Both the position numbers and the translations under genes were made by a program. Positions 23,389 through 32,000 of a DNA stretch of 32,000 nucleotides are shown one piece after another (position 1 is the stretch's first letter; the number at the start of each line of letters is the position of its first letter). Origin of the DNA: Desulfotalea psychrophila LSv54. Its GTDB lineage: Bacteria; Desulfobacterota; Desulfobulbia; Desulfobulbales; Desulfocapsaceae. Below the pieces are notes generated by a model. That model was not told the origin of the DNA, did not search any database, and saw nothing but the letters and a program-made list of their open reading frames with translations. The stretch lies in assembly GCF_000025945.1 (NCBI RefSeq), contig NC_006138.1, positions 2,340,001 through 2,372,000 on the forward strand, given 5' to 3'.

Positions 23389-26220
23389 TCAATCTATTCC
23401 GGTCGTGACTTCATCGACCAGGTACATGATCGACATATAAGGAATGCCGAGTTGTTCTGTGCAGCCGATCTCACACGTTCGGCTGTTTGAATATCCGACC
23501 ACAGCTCCCTCCTTTTTGATCACTGGCACCGCTGTTCTCAGGCCATGAGCGTTGAGAGCAGGCAGATGAAAACCTTTGTCTCCGGCAAATCCGCAACAGT
23601 TTACATCAGGGGGCAAAATCACCTTGTCTGCACACATTGAGGCAACCTCTTGTAAAATTTTGGCAAGGCCCATTTTTTGGGTTGAGCAGGTCGCGTGGAT
23701 GGCTATGGTCTGCTTTTTAGGAGTAAAATGCAGCTTATTTAATAAAAATTTATGTACAAATTCAGCAGGTTCGTAAAGTTTTAGTTTGCTGTCCATGACT
23801 CTGCGCATTCGATATATACAAGGCGATGTGTCACAGAGCACCGGATACTTTCCCTGCTCAGAAGCGATAAGCAGTGCCTGCTCAAGTTCGCTGGACTTCA
23901 TGTCCGCTGTTTCGGTAAAACCCTTTGACTCCCAAGGGGTACCGCAACAGAGATTTTTCATACCTTTAGGGAAAATGATGCCATAGCCGGCTTTCTTGAG
24001 TACCCGAATGGTCACCTCTGATACAGACTCAGTCACCGGGTCATCCTTTGCCGGTCCCATGGCCCGGGCAATGCAAGACGGAAAATAGACAACTTTTTGC
24101 TCAGCATCAGTATTGATTGGGGTCTCTTCTGGAGCTGATACGCCACTTGGCATGGCAGCTGTCCACTGTGGTATGTGATTGCCACTTATAGAACGTGCCG
24201 TATCGCATATTTTACCAAAATTTTTGGTACCCAAGAGCCGATGCATTCCTCCGACCATCCCTAATGCAACGGAAGCGGTGCTGCAGATCAGGCCCAGATG
24301 TTCACCGGTAAAGTTGCCTACTTTTTTCCCAAAGGCACTGTGATTTGCCGCACGTATTTGTTTAATATATTTCCCGGTATCAATGGAGACAGGGCATGAC
24401 GTTTCGCAAAGTCCGTCACCTGCGCAGCTCTCCTCGCCCTGGAAGACAAAACCTTTTTCAAGTTCAGCAAGGCGCTCAGGGTTTTCGCCACTTTTTTTCA
24501 GTCTCGCGATCTCTCGCTGTACAACAATACGCTGGCGGGCAGAGAGGCTGAAATGGTTTGACATGCAGTTAACTTCACAAAAACCACATTCAATACATTT
24601 ATCGATCAAGGGATCACACTGGGGCAAGGGTTTGAAGTTTTTTAAATAGCACTCGGGATCGTCATTAATGATAACACCCGGATTGAGGATAGTATCCGGA
24701 TCAAAGAGCCTCTTGATTTCACACATCAGCTCATAGCCTTTTTTACCCCATTCTTTCTTGACAAATGGTGCCATATTCCGTCCGGTGCCATGTTCTGCCT
24801 TTAAGGAACCGTCGTATTTATCGACGGTCATATTGATGACGGCGTGCATCATCGCAGCGTAACGCTGCACCTCTTTTGGGTCGCTGAAATCCTGGTTGAG
24901 GATGAAATGAAAATTTCCTTCGAGGGCATGACCGTAAATAACGGCGTCAGTGTAACCATGTTCAACGATGATATCCTGCAGCTCCTTAGTAGCCTCGGGC
25001 AGGGTTTCCATGTGGTAGGCGACGTCTTCAATGAGACAGGTCGTGCCGATTTCCCGCATGCCGCCGACAGCAGGAAATACCCCTTTACGGATATTCCACA
25101 ACTGTTCGTTTTCAGCCGGGTCGGAAGTGAATTCGACGGGGCGAAGCGTTGTAAAGTCGTTGAGGATTTCTTTGATTTGGATAATATTTTTAGCGAGGAT
25201 ATCTTCATCCGAGGCCATGGTCTCTATGAGGACAGCAGTGGTTGTTTCATCAAAATCCTTGATGAAATCGGGAATTCCCTCTTTGTTCTCGACCGATTTT
25301 AAAGCCAGCCGGTCAAGTAGCTCCGCGCCATCTACCGGTCCTTCTTTCAACGCTACAGCTGCCTTACATGCCGTTATGATGTCCGGAAAATAGACCATGG
25401 AACTTGCCTTGCACTTGTAGGTGGGCACTGAACGCATTACCACCTCTGATATGAATGCCAGTGCACCTTCTGAACCGATCAGCAGATTGATGATAATTTG
25501 GAAGGGGTCATCGTAGTCAATAAAAGGATTAATGGAAAATCCGGTGGTGTTTTTTATGGAATATTTTTTTCTTATTCGAGCTGCAAACGTTTCATCTGCA
25601 CCTACCCTGTCCCGAATTTCTTCAATTTTTTCCACAAACCCTGGTCGGGTACGTCGAAAGGATTCACGGCTGTCAGCATCTGCGGTGTCAAGCAGAGTGC
25701 CGTCTGCGAAAATAATTTTAGCCGCTTCGATGGTTTTGTAGGCATTCTCATGGGTGCCGCAGTTCATACCGGAGGCGTTGTTAATGATGATACCGCCAAC
25801 CATTGCGGAGTTTATGGAAGCAGGGTCCGGCCCAAATTTGCGATTATACGGGGCCAGAATGCGATTAACCTTAGCCCCTACAATTCCAGGTTGGAGGCGG
25901 ATTTTTTGTCCCTCTTCCAATACTTCGTAGTCTTCCCACCCTTCACCTGCCATAAGTAAAATAGAATCGGAGATGGCCTGGCCGGAAAGAGAGGTGCCTG
26001 CTGCTTTGAAGGTTACCGGGAGTTTTTTAGACGATGCTTCGCGCAGACAAAGCTGCATCTCCTTTTCATTTGCAACCCGTACCACGACCTGTGGTTCTAA
26101 GCGGTAAAAGCCACCGTCCGTGCCATAAGCCAGGCATCGAAGCGTATCGGTAAAGATTCGTTCTTTCGGAATAAGGGTGGATATTGCCTTTACATAATTT
26201 TGATATTCAACGTTGCTCAT
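23389..26220 (-). CDS. FAD-binding plus Fe-S/CCG-domain oxidoreductase (Dld-II/YdiJ-like), probable D-lactate dehydrogenase
   Basis: 943 aa. SD AAGAGG lies 5 nt before the ATG. There is an N-terminal FAD PCMH-type domain, two ferredoxin motifs (CIECGFCEVNC and CAGDGLCETSCP), and two C-terminal CCG motifs (CCGTPW and CCGFAGDKG). It is divergently paired with a lactate permease. Confidence 0.8.
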   Translation of the reverse strand: MSNVEYQNYVKAISTLIPKERIFTDTLRCLAYGTDGGFYRLEPQVVVRVANEKEMQLCLREASSKKLPVTFKAAGTSLSGQAISDSILLMAGEGWEDYEVLEEGQKIRLQPGIVGAKVNRILAPYNRKFGPDPASINSAMVGGIIINNASGMNCGTHENAYKTIEAAKIIFADGTLLDTADADSRESFRRTRPGFVEKIEEIRDRVGADETFAARIRKKYSIKNTTGFSINPFIDYDDPFQIIINLLIGSEGALAFISEVVMRSVPTYKCKASSMVYFPDIITACKAAVALKEGPVDGAELLDRLALKSVENKEGIPDFIKDFDETTTAVLIETMASDEDILAKNIIQIKEILNDFTTLRPVEFTSDPAENEQLWNIRKGVFPAVGGMREIGTTCLIEDVAYHMETLPEATKELQDIIVEHGYTDAVIYGHALEGNFHFILNQDFSDPKEVQRYAAMMHAVINMTVDKYDGSLKAEHGTGRNMAPFVKKEWGKKGYELMCEIKRLFDPDTILNPGVIINDDPECYLKNFKPLPQCDPLIDKCIECGFCEVNCMSNHFSLSARQRIVVQREIARLKKSGENPERLAELEKGFVFQGEESCAGDGLCETSCPVSIDTGKYIKQIRAANHSAFGKKVGNFTGEHLGLICSTASVALGMVGGMHRLLGTKNFGKICDTARSISGNHIPQWTAAMPSGVSAPEETPINTDAEQKVVYFPSCIARAMGPAKDDPVTESVSEVTIRVLKKAGYGIIFPKGMKNLCCGTPWESKGFTETADMKSSELEQALLIASEQGKYPVLCDTSPCIYRMRRVMDSKLKLYEPAEFVHKFLLNKLHFTPKKQTIAIHATCSTQKMGLAKILQEVASMCADKVILPPDVNCCGFAGDKGFHLPALNAHGLRTAVPVIKKEGAVVGYSNSRTCEIGCTEQLGIPYMSIMYLVDEVTTGID

Positions 26221-27005
26221 AGGAGCCTCTTTGTAAAATATTAAATAATTTTCAACATGTTACGGTGTGCTAAAAGGTTTTTAGAGTATTCATAGTGATC
26301 GCTGATTATGTGATTTTTTTCTTTACTTGCATGTGCTTGAATGGCTGTAATTGCAACCGTATTGACAATATCATGAACAGTACCCCCTGCTGAGATCGTG
26401 CACCGGTTTGTTGAACTCTTCTAGGGCCAGTGACTGGGGAGCCTTTTGTAGCTCTTTGCACAGCTTTAGGGACTTGGATCTTTGAATCGAAAGATAATCG
26501 GCTTGCCAATAAAGTAGGTGATCGGCAAGTCACATCTTTGCGACCAAAAACATGATAAAGCATAGACATGGATATGAATCCCCTGCTTGAATTGATTCTA
26601 CTACAAACAACCTGCCTCATTCCATGTCCTTTTGTTTTTTATTTTTCACCACAGTTACTCGTTTGCCGAATGAACTAAAAAAATAAGCCCCAAGATACCA
26701 TTCCAGGTTCCCAAACCAAGGTTCTGGGTAACTCAGTCCTTTCTTGCAGAGACGATTTTACCCGCTTTGACTGTCACCCCTCCACCGCAAACTAAAATAA
26801 GCTACAATAACAAAGGAATAAAAAATATTAGCCCTGCCGGTATGCTTATTGACATATTAAATATAAGCTCTCGATATTTACCCAGAGCGACAGGCAGAAG
26901 AAGCATTCTCTTTTGTCAGCACCTTTAAAGAATAAACAGGCTTTTATTCTGGTGAAAATGCTTCACTGTAACAGGCAGTTCACGATTACTAGTCAAGGAG
27001 AAAAC

Positions 27006-28718
27006 ATGTCCGTAGGAATTTTAGCCCTTGTGGCGCTCGTTCCCCTCATGCTGGCCTTGGTACTCATGGTCGGCCTCCGTTGGCCTGCCACCAAGGCTAT
27101 GCCCGTTGCCTGGCTTTCCTGTGTTATTGGAGGAATTGCAGTCTGGCAACTTCCCGCCAGCTATATCGCGGCCCTCACACTTCAGGGACTCGTCACAGCA
27201 ATAGGTATTCTTATTATTGTTTTCGGTGCGATTATCATCCTCTACACCCTGCAGTACAGTGGTGGCATGGAAACCATTCAATATGGATTCCAAAATATTA
27301 CCCGTGATCGTCGTATCCAGGTGCTTATCATCGGTTATATGTTTGCTGCCTTTATTGAAGGCGCAGCAGGCTTTGGTACCCCGGCAGCCCTTGCCGCACC
27401 TCTGCTCTTAAGTCTTGGCTTTCCCCCACTCTGTGCGGTGGTCATGTGCCTTGTCTTTAACTCCTTCCCCGTAACCTTCGGAGCTGTTGGTACCCCTGTT
27501 GTTCTTGGTTTTAGTTATCTCACAGGCCTGGTAGACGAGGCGGTTCAAGTGGCTGCTCCGGGGGTAAACTTTACCTCCATGGAAGGCTTTAACCAGCTTG
27601 TCACTCAGTGGGCTACCCTGATGCACCTGCCCATGATTTTCATCCTTCCCATCTTTATGCTCGGCTTTATGACCCGCTACTTCGGGAAAAATCGCAAGTG
27701 GAGTGAAGGATTTGCTGCCTGGAAGTTCTGTATTTTCTCAGCCGTAGCCTTTTCTGTTCCTTACCTCCTGACAGCATGGCTGGTAGGCCCGGAATTTCCT
27801 TCCCTTATCGGTGGTCTTGTTGGACTTGGTATCGTTGTTTTTGGCGCTAAAAAGAACTTCTGTATGCCTAAGAAAAGCTGGGATTTCGGTCCCTCATCGG
27901 AATGGGATAAAGAGTGGACCGGTCTTGTTAGCGCCGATAATTCGGGTGAATTCAAAGCCCATATGAGCCAGCTTCGGGCCTGGGCTCCATATATTCTCAT
28001 TGGCCTCATTCTTGTCGTGACCCGTATACCATCCCTCGGTCTGAAGGGGATACTTGCAGGTGTTTCTATTCCCTTTACCGATATCCTCGGCTTTGAGTCC
28101 GTTGATGCCAGCATAAAGTACCTCTATCTTCCAGGAACCATCCCCTTTGCCCTGGTGGCCATCCTCACCATCTTCCTGCACAGAATGCCTGCCGCCAAGG
28201 CAGTCATTGCCTGGAAGGAGGCTATTAGCAAGATGAAGAGCCCAGCCATTGCCCTCTTCTTCTCTGTTTCCATCGTCTCCATCTTTAAAGGTTCCGGAAT
28301 TGTTGATGCTGCCCTGAATCCAAATAACTATCCATCAATGCCTCTGGCACTTGCCGAGGCGGTTTCCGGACTGGCAGGACAGACCTGGCCGATGTTTGCC
28401 TCATTTGTTGGCGGTCTTGGTTCTTTTATCACCGGTTCCAATACGGTTTCCGATCTTCTCTTTGCAGAATTTCAATGGGGCGTAGCATCCAGCCTTGGTC
28501 TCCCTCATCAGATCATCATTGCTGCCCAGGGCGTTGGCGGAGCAATGGGTAATATGATCTGCATCCACAACATTGTAGCAGTATGTGCTGTGGCTGGACT
28601 CTCCGGCAGGGAGGGCGCAATCCTTAAACGTACGGCCTTACCCTTTCTTATCTACGGTCTGGTTGTGGGAATTATGGTCTACCTCATGTCCTTCGTCTTC
28701 TTGCCAGGGGTTTTTTAG
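27006..28718 (+). CDS. lldP: L-lactate permease (LctP family)
   Basis: AAGGAG at 26995-27000 precedes the ATG at 27006; the track start 26913 has no [43 protein letters not shown] matches the E. coli LldP block [41 protein letters not shown]. The protein is polytopic throughout. Confidence 0.9.
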   Translation: MSVGILALVALVPLMLALVLMVGLRWPATKAMPVAWLSCVIGGIAVWQLPASYIAALTLQGLVTAIGILIIVFGAIIILYTLQYSGGMETIQYGFQNITRDRRIQVLIIGYMFAAFIEGAAGFGTPAALAAPLLLSLGFPPLCAVVMCLVFNSFPVTFGAVGTPVVLGFSYLTGLVDEAVQVAAPGVNFTSMEGFNQLVTQWATLMHLPMIFILPIFMLGFMTRYFGKNRKWSEGFAAWKFCIFSAVAFSVPYLLTAWLVGPEFPSLIGGLVGLGIVVFGAKKNFCMPKKSWDFGPSSEWDKEWTGLVSADNSGEFKAHMSQLRAWAPYILIGLILVVTRIPSLGLKGILAGVSIPFTDILGFESVDASIKYLYLPGTIPFALVAILTIFLHRMPAAKAVIAWKEAISKMKSPAIALFFSVSIVSIFKGSGIVDAALNPNNYPSMPLALAEAVSGLAGQTWPMFASFVGGLGSFITGSNTVSDLLFAEFQWGVASSLGLPHQIIIAAQGVGGAMGNMICIHNIVAVCAVAGLSGREGAILKRTALPFLIYGLVVGIMVYLMSFVFLPGVF

Positions 28719-28768
28719 AGCTAAAAAAAAGCAGATAGGCAACCAACAGGGACCTAATTAGCTAACAA

Positions 28769-28802
28769 GTAGCTCCAGTGGAACGCGTTCCGCTGGAGCT
28801 AC
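28769..28802. terminator. Long hairpin between convergent lctP and a small minus-strand ORF; possible bidirectional terminator
   Basis: gtagctccag-t-ggaacg/cgttcc-g-ctggagctac gives about 16 bp of pairing plus one T.G. It lies 51 nt after the lctP stop and 31 nt after the small-ORF stop. There is no clear U-tract on either side. Confidence 0.45.
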
Positions 28803-28832
28803 TCGTGCCCACTGACCTTGGCGCCCCCCCCC

Positions 28833-28955
28833 TCACTCCTCAATAAGCAGACATTGACTCACGGCCACACCGTTACCGCAGGGAAGCTGGCCTGTCTGAT
28901 GGTCTCCGCCTGGGTAGGCGCTGATCTCATTCATCCCCATGGTCATTTTTTTCAT
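28833..28955 (-). CDS. Candidate 40-aa small protein (below the ORF-track cutoff)
   Basis: The minus strand reads gctAAGGAGatagtATG, a consensus SD with a 5-nt spacer. Translation is MKKMTMGMNEISAYPGGDHQTGQLPCGNGVAVSQCLLIEE, with stop TGA at 28835..28833 followed immediately by a G9 run (28824-28832). I recognise no homologue. Confidence 0.35.
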   Translation of the reverse strand: MKKMTMGMNEISAYPGGDHQTGQLPCGNGVAVSQCLLIEE

Positions 28956-29372
28956 ACTATCTCCTTAGCCCCGTGTTGTGGGCTAATCTACAACGACTAA
29001 ATCATCACTCATCTCGTCCTGCTCTTTCGGCCTTGGCCATTAGCGGATACCTACCACATCCTCTGCCCAGAGGGTCAGACAGAAACAGTCCCATAAATGC
29101 TTGTTTCCTTGCCCGATTGCGCCCAGACCCTCTTGAATATTTTGCTGAACGGGTCCATGGAGCTTGTGCTCTAAAAAAAGTATCACAGTAGCGGCCGAAG
29201 GTTTCATCGGCCACCTTGAGACGCAGACGTCCTTTTGCCTCTTCTTCCAGGGCCTCGGTGATGAAGCTTTCGAGCAGCGATTCGAGGGCGGTTTTGAAAC
29301 AGGGATGAGGAGAGATGAATCATATCTCTATAGCTTATTTCTTGTGCGGAACATTTTTTTTATGTAGTACCT

Positions 29373-29787
29373 GTGTTAGCGATTTTACAGAGAGCGAGGG
29401 GCGGTAGTCTGCCTATCACGCAAGATTGCGCTTCAGGTCTGTATAATAGCTTGGTCGATGACGAAACTATCTTGTGTGAGTTATTCAAGAGATCTCTTGA
29501 AGCGTTTGGTTATGAGGTCACATCTTTTTCTGATAGTCTCAATGCATTCAAGCATTTTCAACAAAATTATGAATCCTACGATATTGTGGTAGTGGATATG
29601 ACAATGCCAAATTTGACCGGACTCGATCTGATTAAAGAGATTCTACGGATATGCCCTGATAGCAAAAGCATACTTTGTACAGGATATAATAGCACTGTAA
29701 CCGAAACCAAAGCACTCTCTTCTGCTTAAACCATTTTTGCCCCGACTATTAGCAGAAACAATACGTAAGATATTTGACAATACCTAA
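29373..29787 (+). pseudogene. Response-regulator receiver (REC) domain remnant, frameshifted near its 3' end and lacking a normal N-terminus
   Basis: SLVDDETILCELFKRSLEAFGYEVTSF...YDIVVVDMTMPNLTGLDLIKEI...ILCTGY supplies the DD, phospho-Asp and Thr positions. The conserved KPF (LLLKPFLPRLLAETIRKIFDNT, stop 29785-29787) is in the +1 frame after the in-frame stop at 29727-29729. No output domain or plausible start context is present. Confidence 0.6.
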
Positions 29788-30162
29788 CTGTTTGGTCTTT
29801 GACGATTCAACAGACCTTTATTGAAGCGCAGGAGCGGAAAACAACTCCTGGTAACTCTCTTTTAAGACTTTTATTAATTATCAGACAAGCTTTCTAGAAC
29901 ATCATGGGAAAGAGCAGATCAGCCAGTTATATAACTGGAACCGGTATAAGGTAGCATTAATCTATCCGCTGGGAATATGTAAGGACGTGAAGGGGAATAT
30001 ATTCGTAATTGTTGGGTGAAACCTACTCGACTTTTTAAAAGATACCGAACATAAGTTAGAGGAATACTTGACCAAGTCCTCGGGAAATTTTTGCAGGGGA
30101 TGCAACTGAAGTATCGAGGAGAAGAATACTCGGCTAATGTAACTAGGCCACAGCCATTTAAA

Positions 30163-30188
30163 CTCAGGTGCATTCTACTACACCTGAG
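30163..30188 (-). terminator. Probable terminator of the 142-aa gene
   Basis: The minus strand reads ctcaggtg-tagtagaatg-cacctgag (8-bp stem) followed by tttaaatgg. It lies about 45 nt after the stop at 30232. Confidence 0.4.
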
Positions 30189-30231
30189 AGGCGGGCTGTT
30201 GACCTGCTGACGGTGTTATTTTTTAAGCTCC

Positions 30232-30660
30232 TTATAAAGGCTCACTGCCTTTATGTAGAGAAGAAAACTTGGTGGTATCCCAGTCAGCAACTTCTTCCTT
30301 TGGTTTTTGTCGAGTGTGAATACCCTGTGCCTGTTTGATATCGTAATTGAGGGCATCTTCCTCCCCTCTTACCTGTAACCAATTACAGAGCTGAGTGTCA
30401 TTATTAGCATCATCAGCTGCATTGGGTGTAGTAAGGTAGGCGATTTCCAACATACGATCGTGGGTGGTGTCGACATCAGCCTCTTTTGCATACCGCTCTG
30501 CTTCGGCATATGTGTTGAATTTCATCATTTTTTCAATATGCTCGAAACGGCAGTACTTGTCGAAGGCGATGCACCATGGTGTATAGTGATAATCAGCGCC
30601 AAACATCGTGGTATCAAACTGTTTTATAACAATGACAAAGAACCCTTTGACCTTTTTCAT
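30232..30660 (-). CDS. Hypothetical cytoplasmic protein (142 aa), family not recognised
   Basis: SD GAGAGG lies 6 nt before the ATG. The ORF has host-like AT-rich composition, no signal peptide or TM segment, and an acidic, low-complexity C-terminal half. Confidence 0.55.
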   Translation of the reverse strand: MKKVKGFFVIVIKQFDTTMFGADYHYTPWCIAFDKYCRFEHIEKMMKFNTYAEAERYAKEADVDTTHDRMLEIAYLTTPNAADDANNDTQLCNWLQVRGEEDALNYDIKQAQGIHTRQKPKEEVADWDTTKFSSLHKGSEPL

Positions 30661-30934
30661 AGATGACCTCTCTTTAAAAAATGGACTTCCAGTTGCCCCC
30701 TACTATGCTTTATAACTTATATATAGGTTTTTTTGGAATTCATTACAAGTAAAAAAAGTGTAAAAAAATGCTGTCAACTGACCAAAATCCTGTCTTTATT
30801 TGGATAGACACGTTTATCGTCGGTTTTTGAATTCTTTTGCATACTGTTTACGCATTCTCAGTTCTCGTTTCGCCCAAGGATTTTCCAATATTTTTTGAGG
30901 AGCAAACTATCCTGACACCTATGCCTTCGTCTAT

Positions 30935-32000
30935 TTAGTTTACGCTGCCCTTCAGTATTTGATCGGAATAGATAGCCATTTCGGATTCAAACTTTTTAAA
31001 GCGATTTGTGAGAGAAATGATTGTCTTCTCTCGTTCTTTGTTGGGGAGGAAAGAATATTTAATGCTGTTAAACGCATATTGTTTGATGGTTTGGTAACTT
31101 GGTTTATATCTCGTAGCTAACAAAACATATTCATGACTTAAGTTGTTTCTCGAAACCCCAGAATCGTCTGTGCATATAACTATTGGGACACCATATGCAG
31201 AATAAATCAAATATGGGTGCTCTTGACCTTTAACTCCTAATATAAATTCATTGCTGGTAAAATTAATTTCTACCACTGCTTTCTCTTTAATTGCCCTCAA
31301 AAGGTCGATGGCATCTTCTTCATAAGGTAAGTCAACGCCATGGCCAATTCTTTGAGCACCGGCAATATTTACTGCCTGATCAACATGGAATGTCAAATTT
31401 TTTGGGCGCACCATACCAAGAGTAAGCTCTCCAGCGTGCAATGCTACGTTAACCTCAGGATATTTTTTTCTGAGATAAGAGAAAAATTGCATATGTAATT
31501 CGTAATCCTCGATTGCCACCACGCCATTTTCAGGGCCCACGAGATTAACCCCGACGATAAGCTCAGATTGATCAGCTGCCTGAAATGCTGCATAGAGTGC
31601 AGAAAAAACTTTGCTTGGCACACTATTTCGTGATGTGTATGTTTGATAGCGCATCATGAATTGCTCATCGTCCACATTCGCGTTTTCGTGAGCTGTTTTA
31701 ATTCCTGTGGTAAAATCATTTGTTTTTTCAGTAAAAGTATTATCCCCGTCAATCTTTGATGATTGTTCGTCCAAAAGCGAAAATAATTCTTCGTTATCAC
31801 TATATGTTCTTACGTTTGTATCAAATATTGGATCTGGATATGAATAGCCAACTGATTTAATCATCGTCTCTATATAGCTGACATTTTCTTTTATGGCTCG
31901 CTTTTTGAAGACCAGCATACCCTTTTCATAGCTTTGAGAAACGTATCCAAAATAGCCAAATGTATTAAAGAAATTTGCATCAGGTGGTAATTGCAACTGA
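30935..32000 (-). CDS. Adenosine deaminase family protein (ADA/ADGF-like); the 5' end lies off-window
   Basis: VALHAGELT, AQRIGHGVDL, EINFTSNEFIL...HP and VICTDDSGVSRNNLSHEY are the metal-binding and catalytic motifs of the adenosine/AMP deaminase fold. The frame stays open to the window edge; the track start at 31996 is only a TTG. Confidence 0.8.
   Translation of the reverse strand, partial: QLQLPPDANFFNTFGYFGYVSQSYEKGMLVFKKRAIKENVSYIETMIKSVGYSYPDPIFDTNVRTYSDNEELFSLLDEQSSKIDGDNTFTEKTNDFTTGIKTAHENANVDDEQFMMRYQTYTSRNSVPSKVFSALYAAFQAADQSELIVGVNLVGPENGVVAIEDYELHMQFFSYLRKKYPEVNVALHAGELTLGMVRPKNLTFHVDQAVNIAGAQRIGHGVDLPYEEDAIDLLRAIKEKAVVEINFTSNEFILGVKGQEHPYLIYSAYGVPIVICTDDSGVSRNNLSHEYVLLATRYKPSYQTIKQYAFNSIKYSFLPNKEREKTIISLTNRFKKFESEMAIYSDQILKGSVN

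Noticed and set aside
29005-30173. ORFs 29005..29214 (minus), 29164..29367 (plus) and 29919..30173 (minus).
   Set aside because: There are no SD sequences or recognisable domains, and the first two overlap each other on opposite strands. The first looks like the tail of a start-less gene fragment and is treated as decay products.
1-32000. Search for tRNA, rRNA, tmRNA, RNase P and CRISPR features, using T-loop GGTTCGAAT-type motifs, conserved RNase P GGAAAGTCCGGGC, and regularly spaced direct repeats.
   Set aside because: None was seen by eye on either strand. Absence should be confirmed with tRNAscan-SE, Infernal and a CRISPR finder.

Overview
Bacterial chromosomal window; the taxon cannot be determined from the sequence alone. 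All homology calls come from reading translations by eye; nothing was searched.

Flanking genes are ordinary:
- the 3' end of an srkA-like kinase
- a frameshifted TRIC/UPF0126 channel
- a cold-shock-domain/DUF1294 protein
- a CBS protein translationally coupled to an ArsB/NhaD-type permease
- an HD-GYP phosphodiesterase with a periplasmic sensor domain
- a divergent pair of FAD/Fe-S D-lactate dehydrogenase and lactate permease
- an unknown 142-aa protein
- an adenosine-deaminase-family gene that runs off the right edge

The centre (about 7956-23175) is a visibly GC-richer ~15.2-kb block. It holds two directly repeated, intact minus-strand giant genes of 2332 and 2363 aa. Both encode type Va autotransporters. 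Their passengers consist of about 26 glycine-rich units built around an [IV]xAQS[IV]GGGGGxGG core that I cannot assign to a named repeat family. The two copies are nearly identical at both ends and diverged in the passenger. Copy B also carries an extra in-frame 90-nt tandem repeat.

The copies are separated by a 357-bp internally deleted IS6/IS26-family element with perfect 19-bp inverted repeats and no target-site duplication, followed by an esterase pseudogene fragment. The IS end appears to give copy A a hybrid promoter.

Other items worth a look:
- an ORF-free, GC-rich tract of ~0.85 kb (2700-3560)
- two 40-codon minus-strand small ORFs, each abutting a G8 or G9 homopolymer
- a decayed zone containing a frameshifted receiver-domain remnant

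No tRNA, rRNA or CRISPR array was seen.
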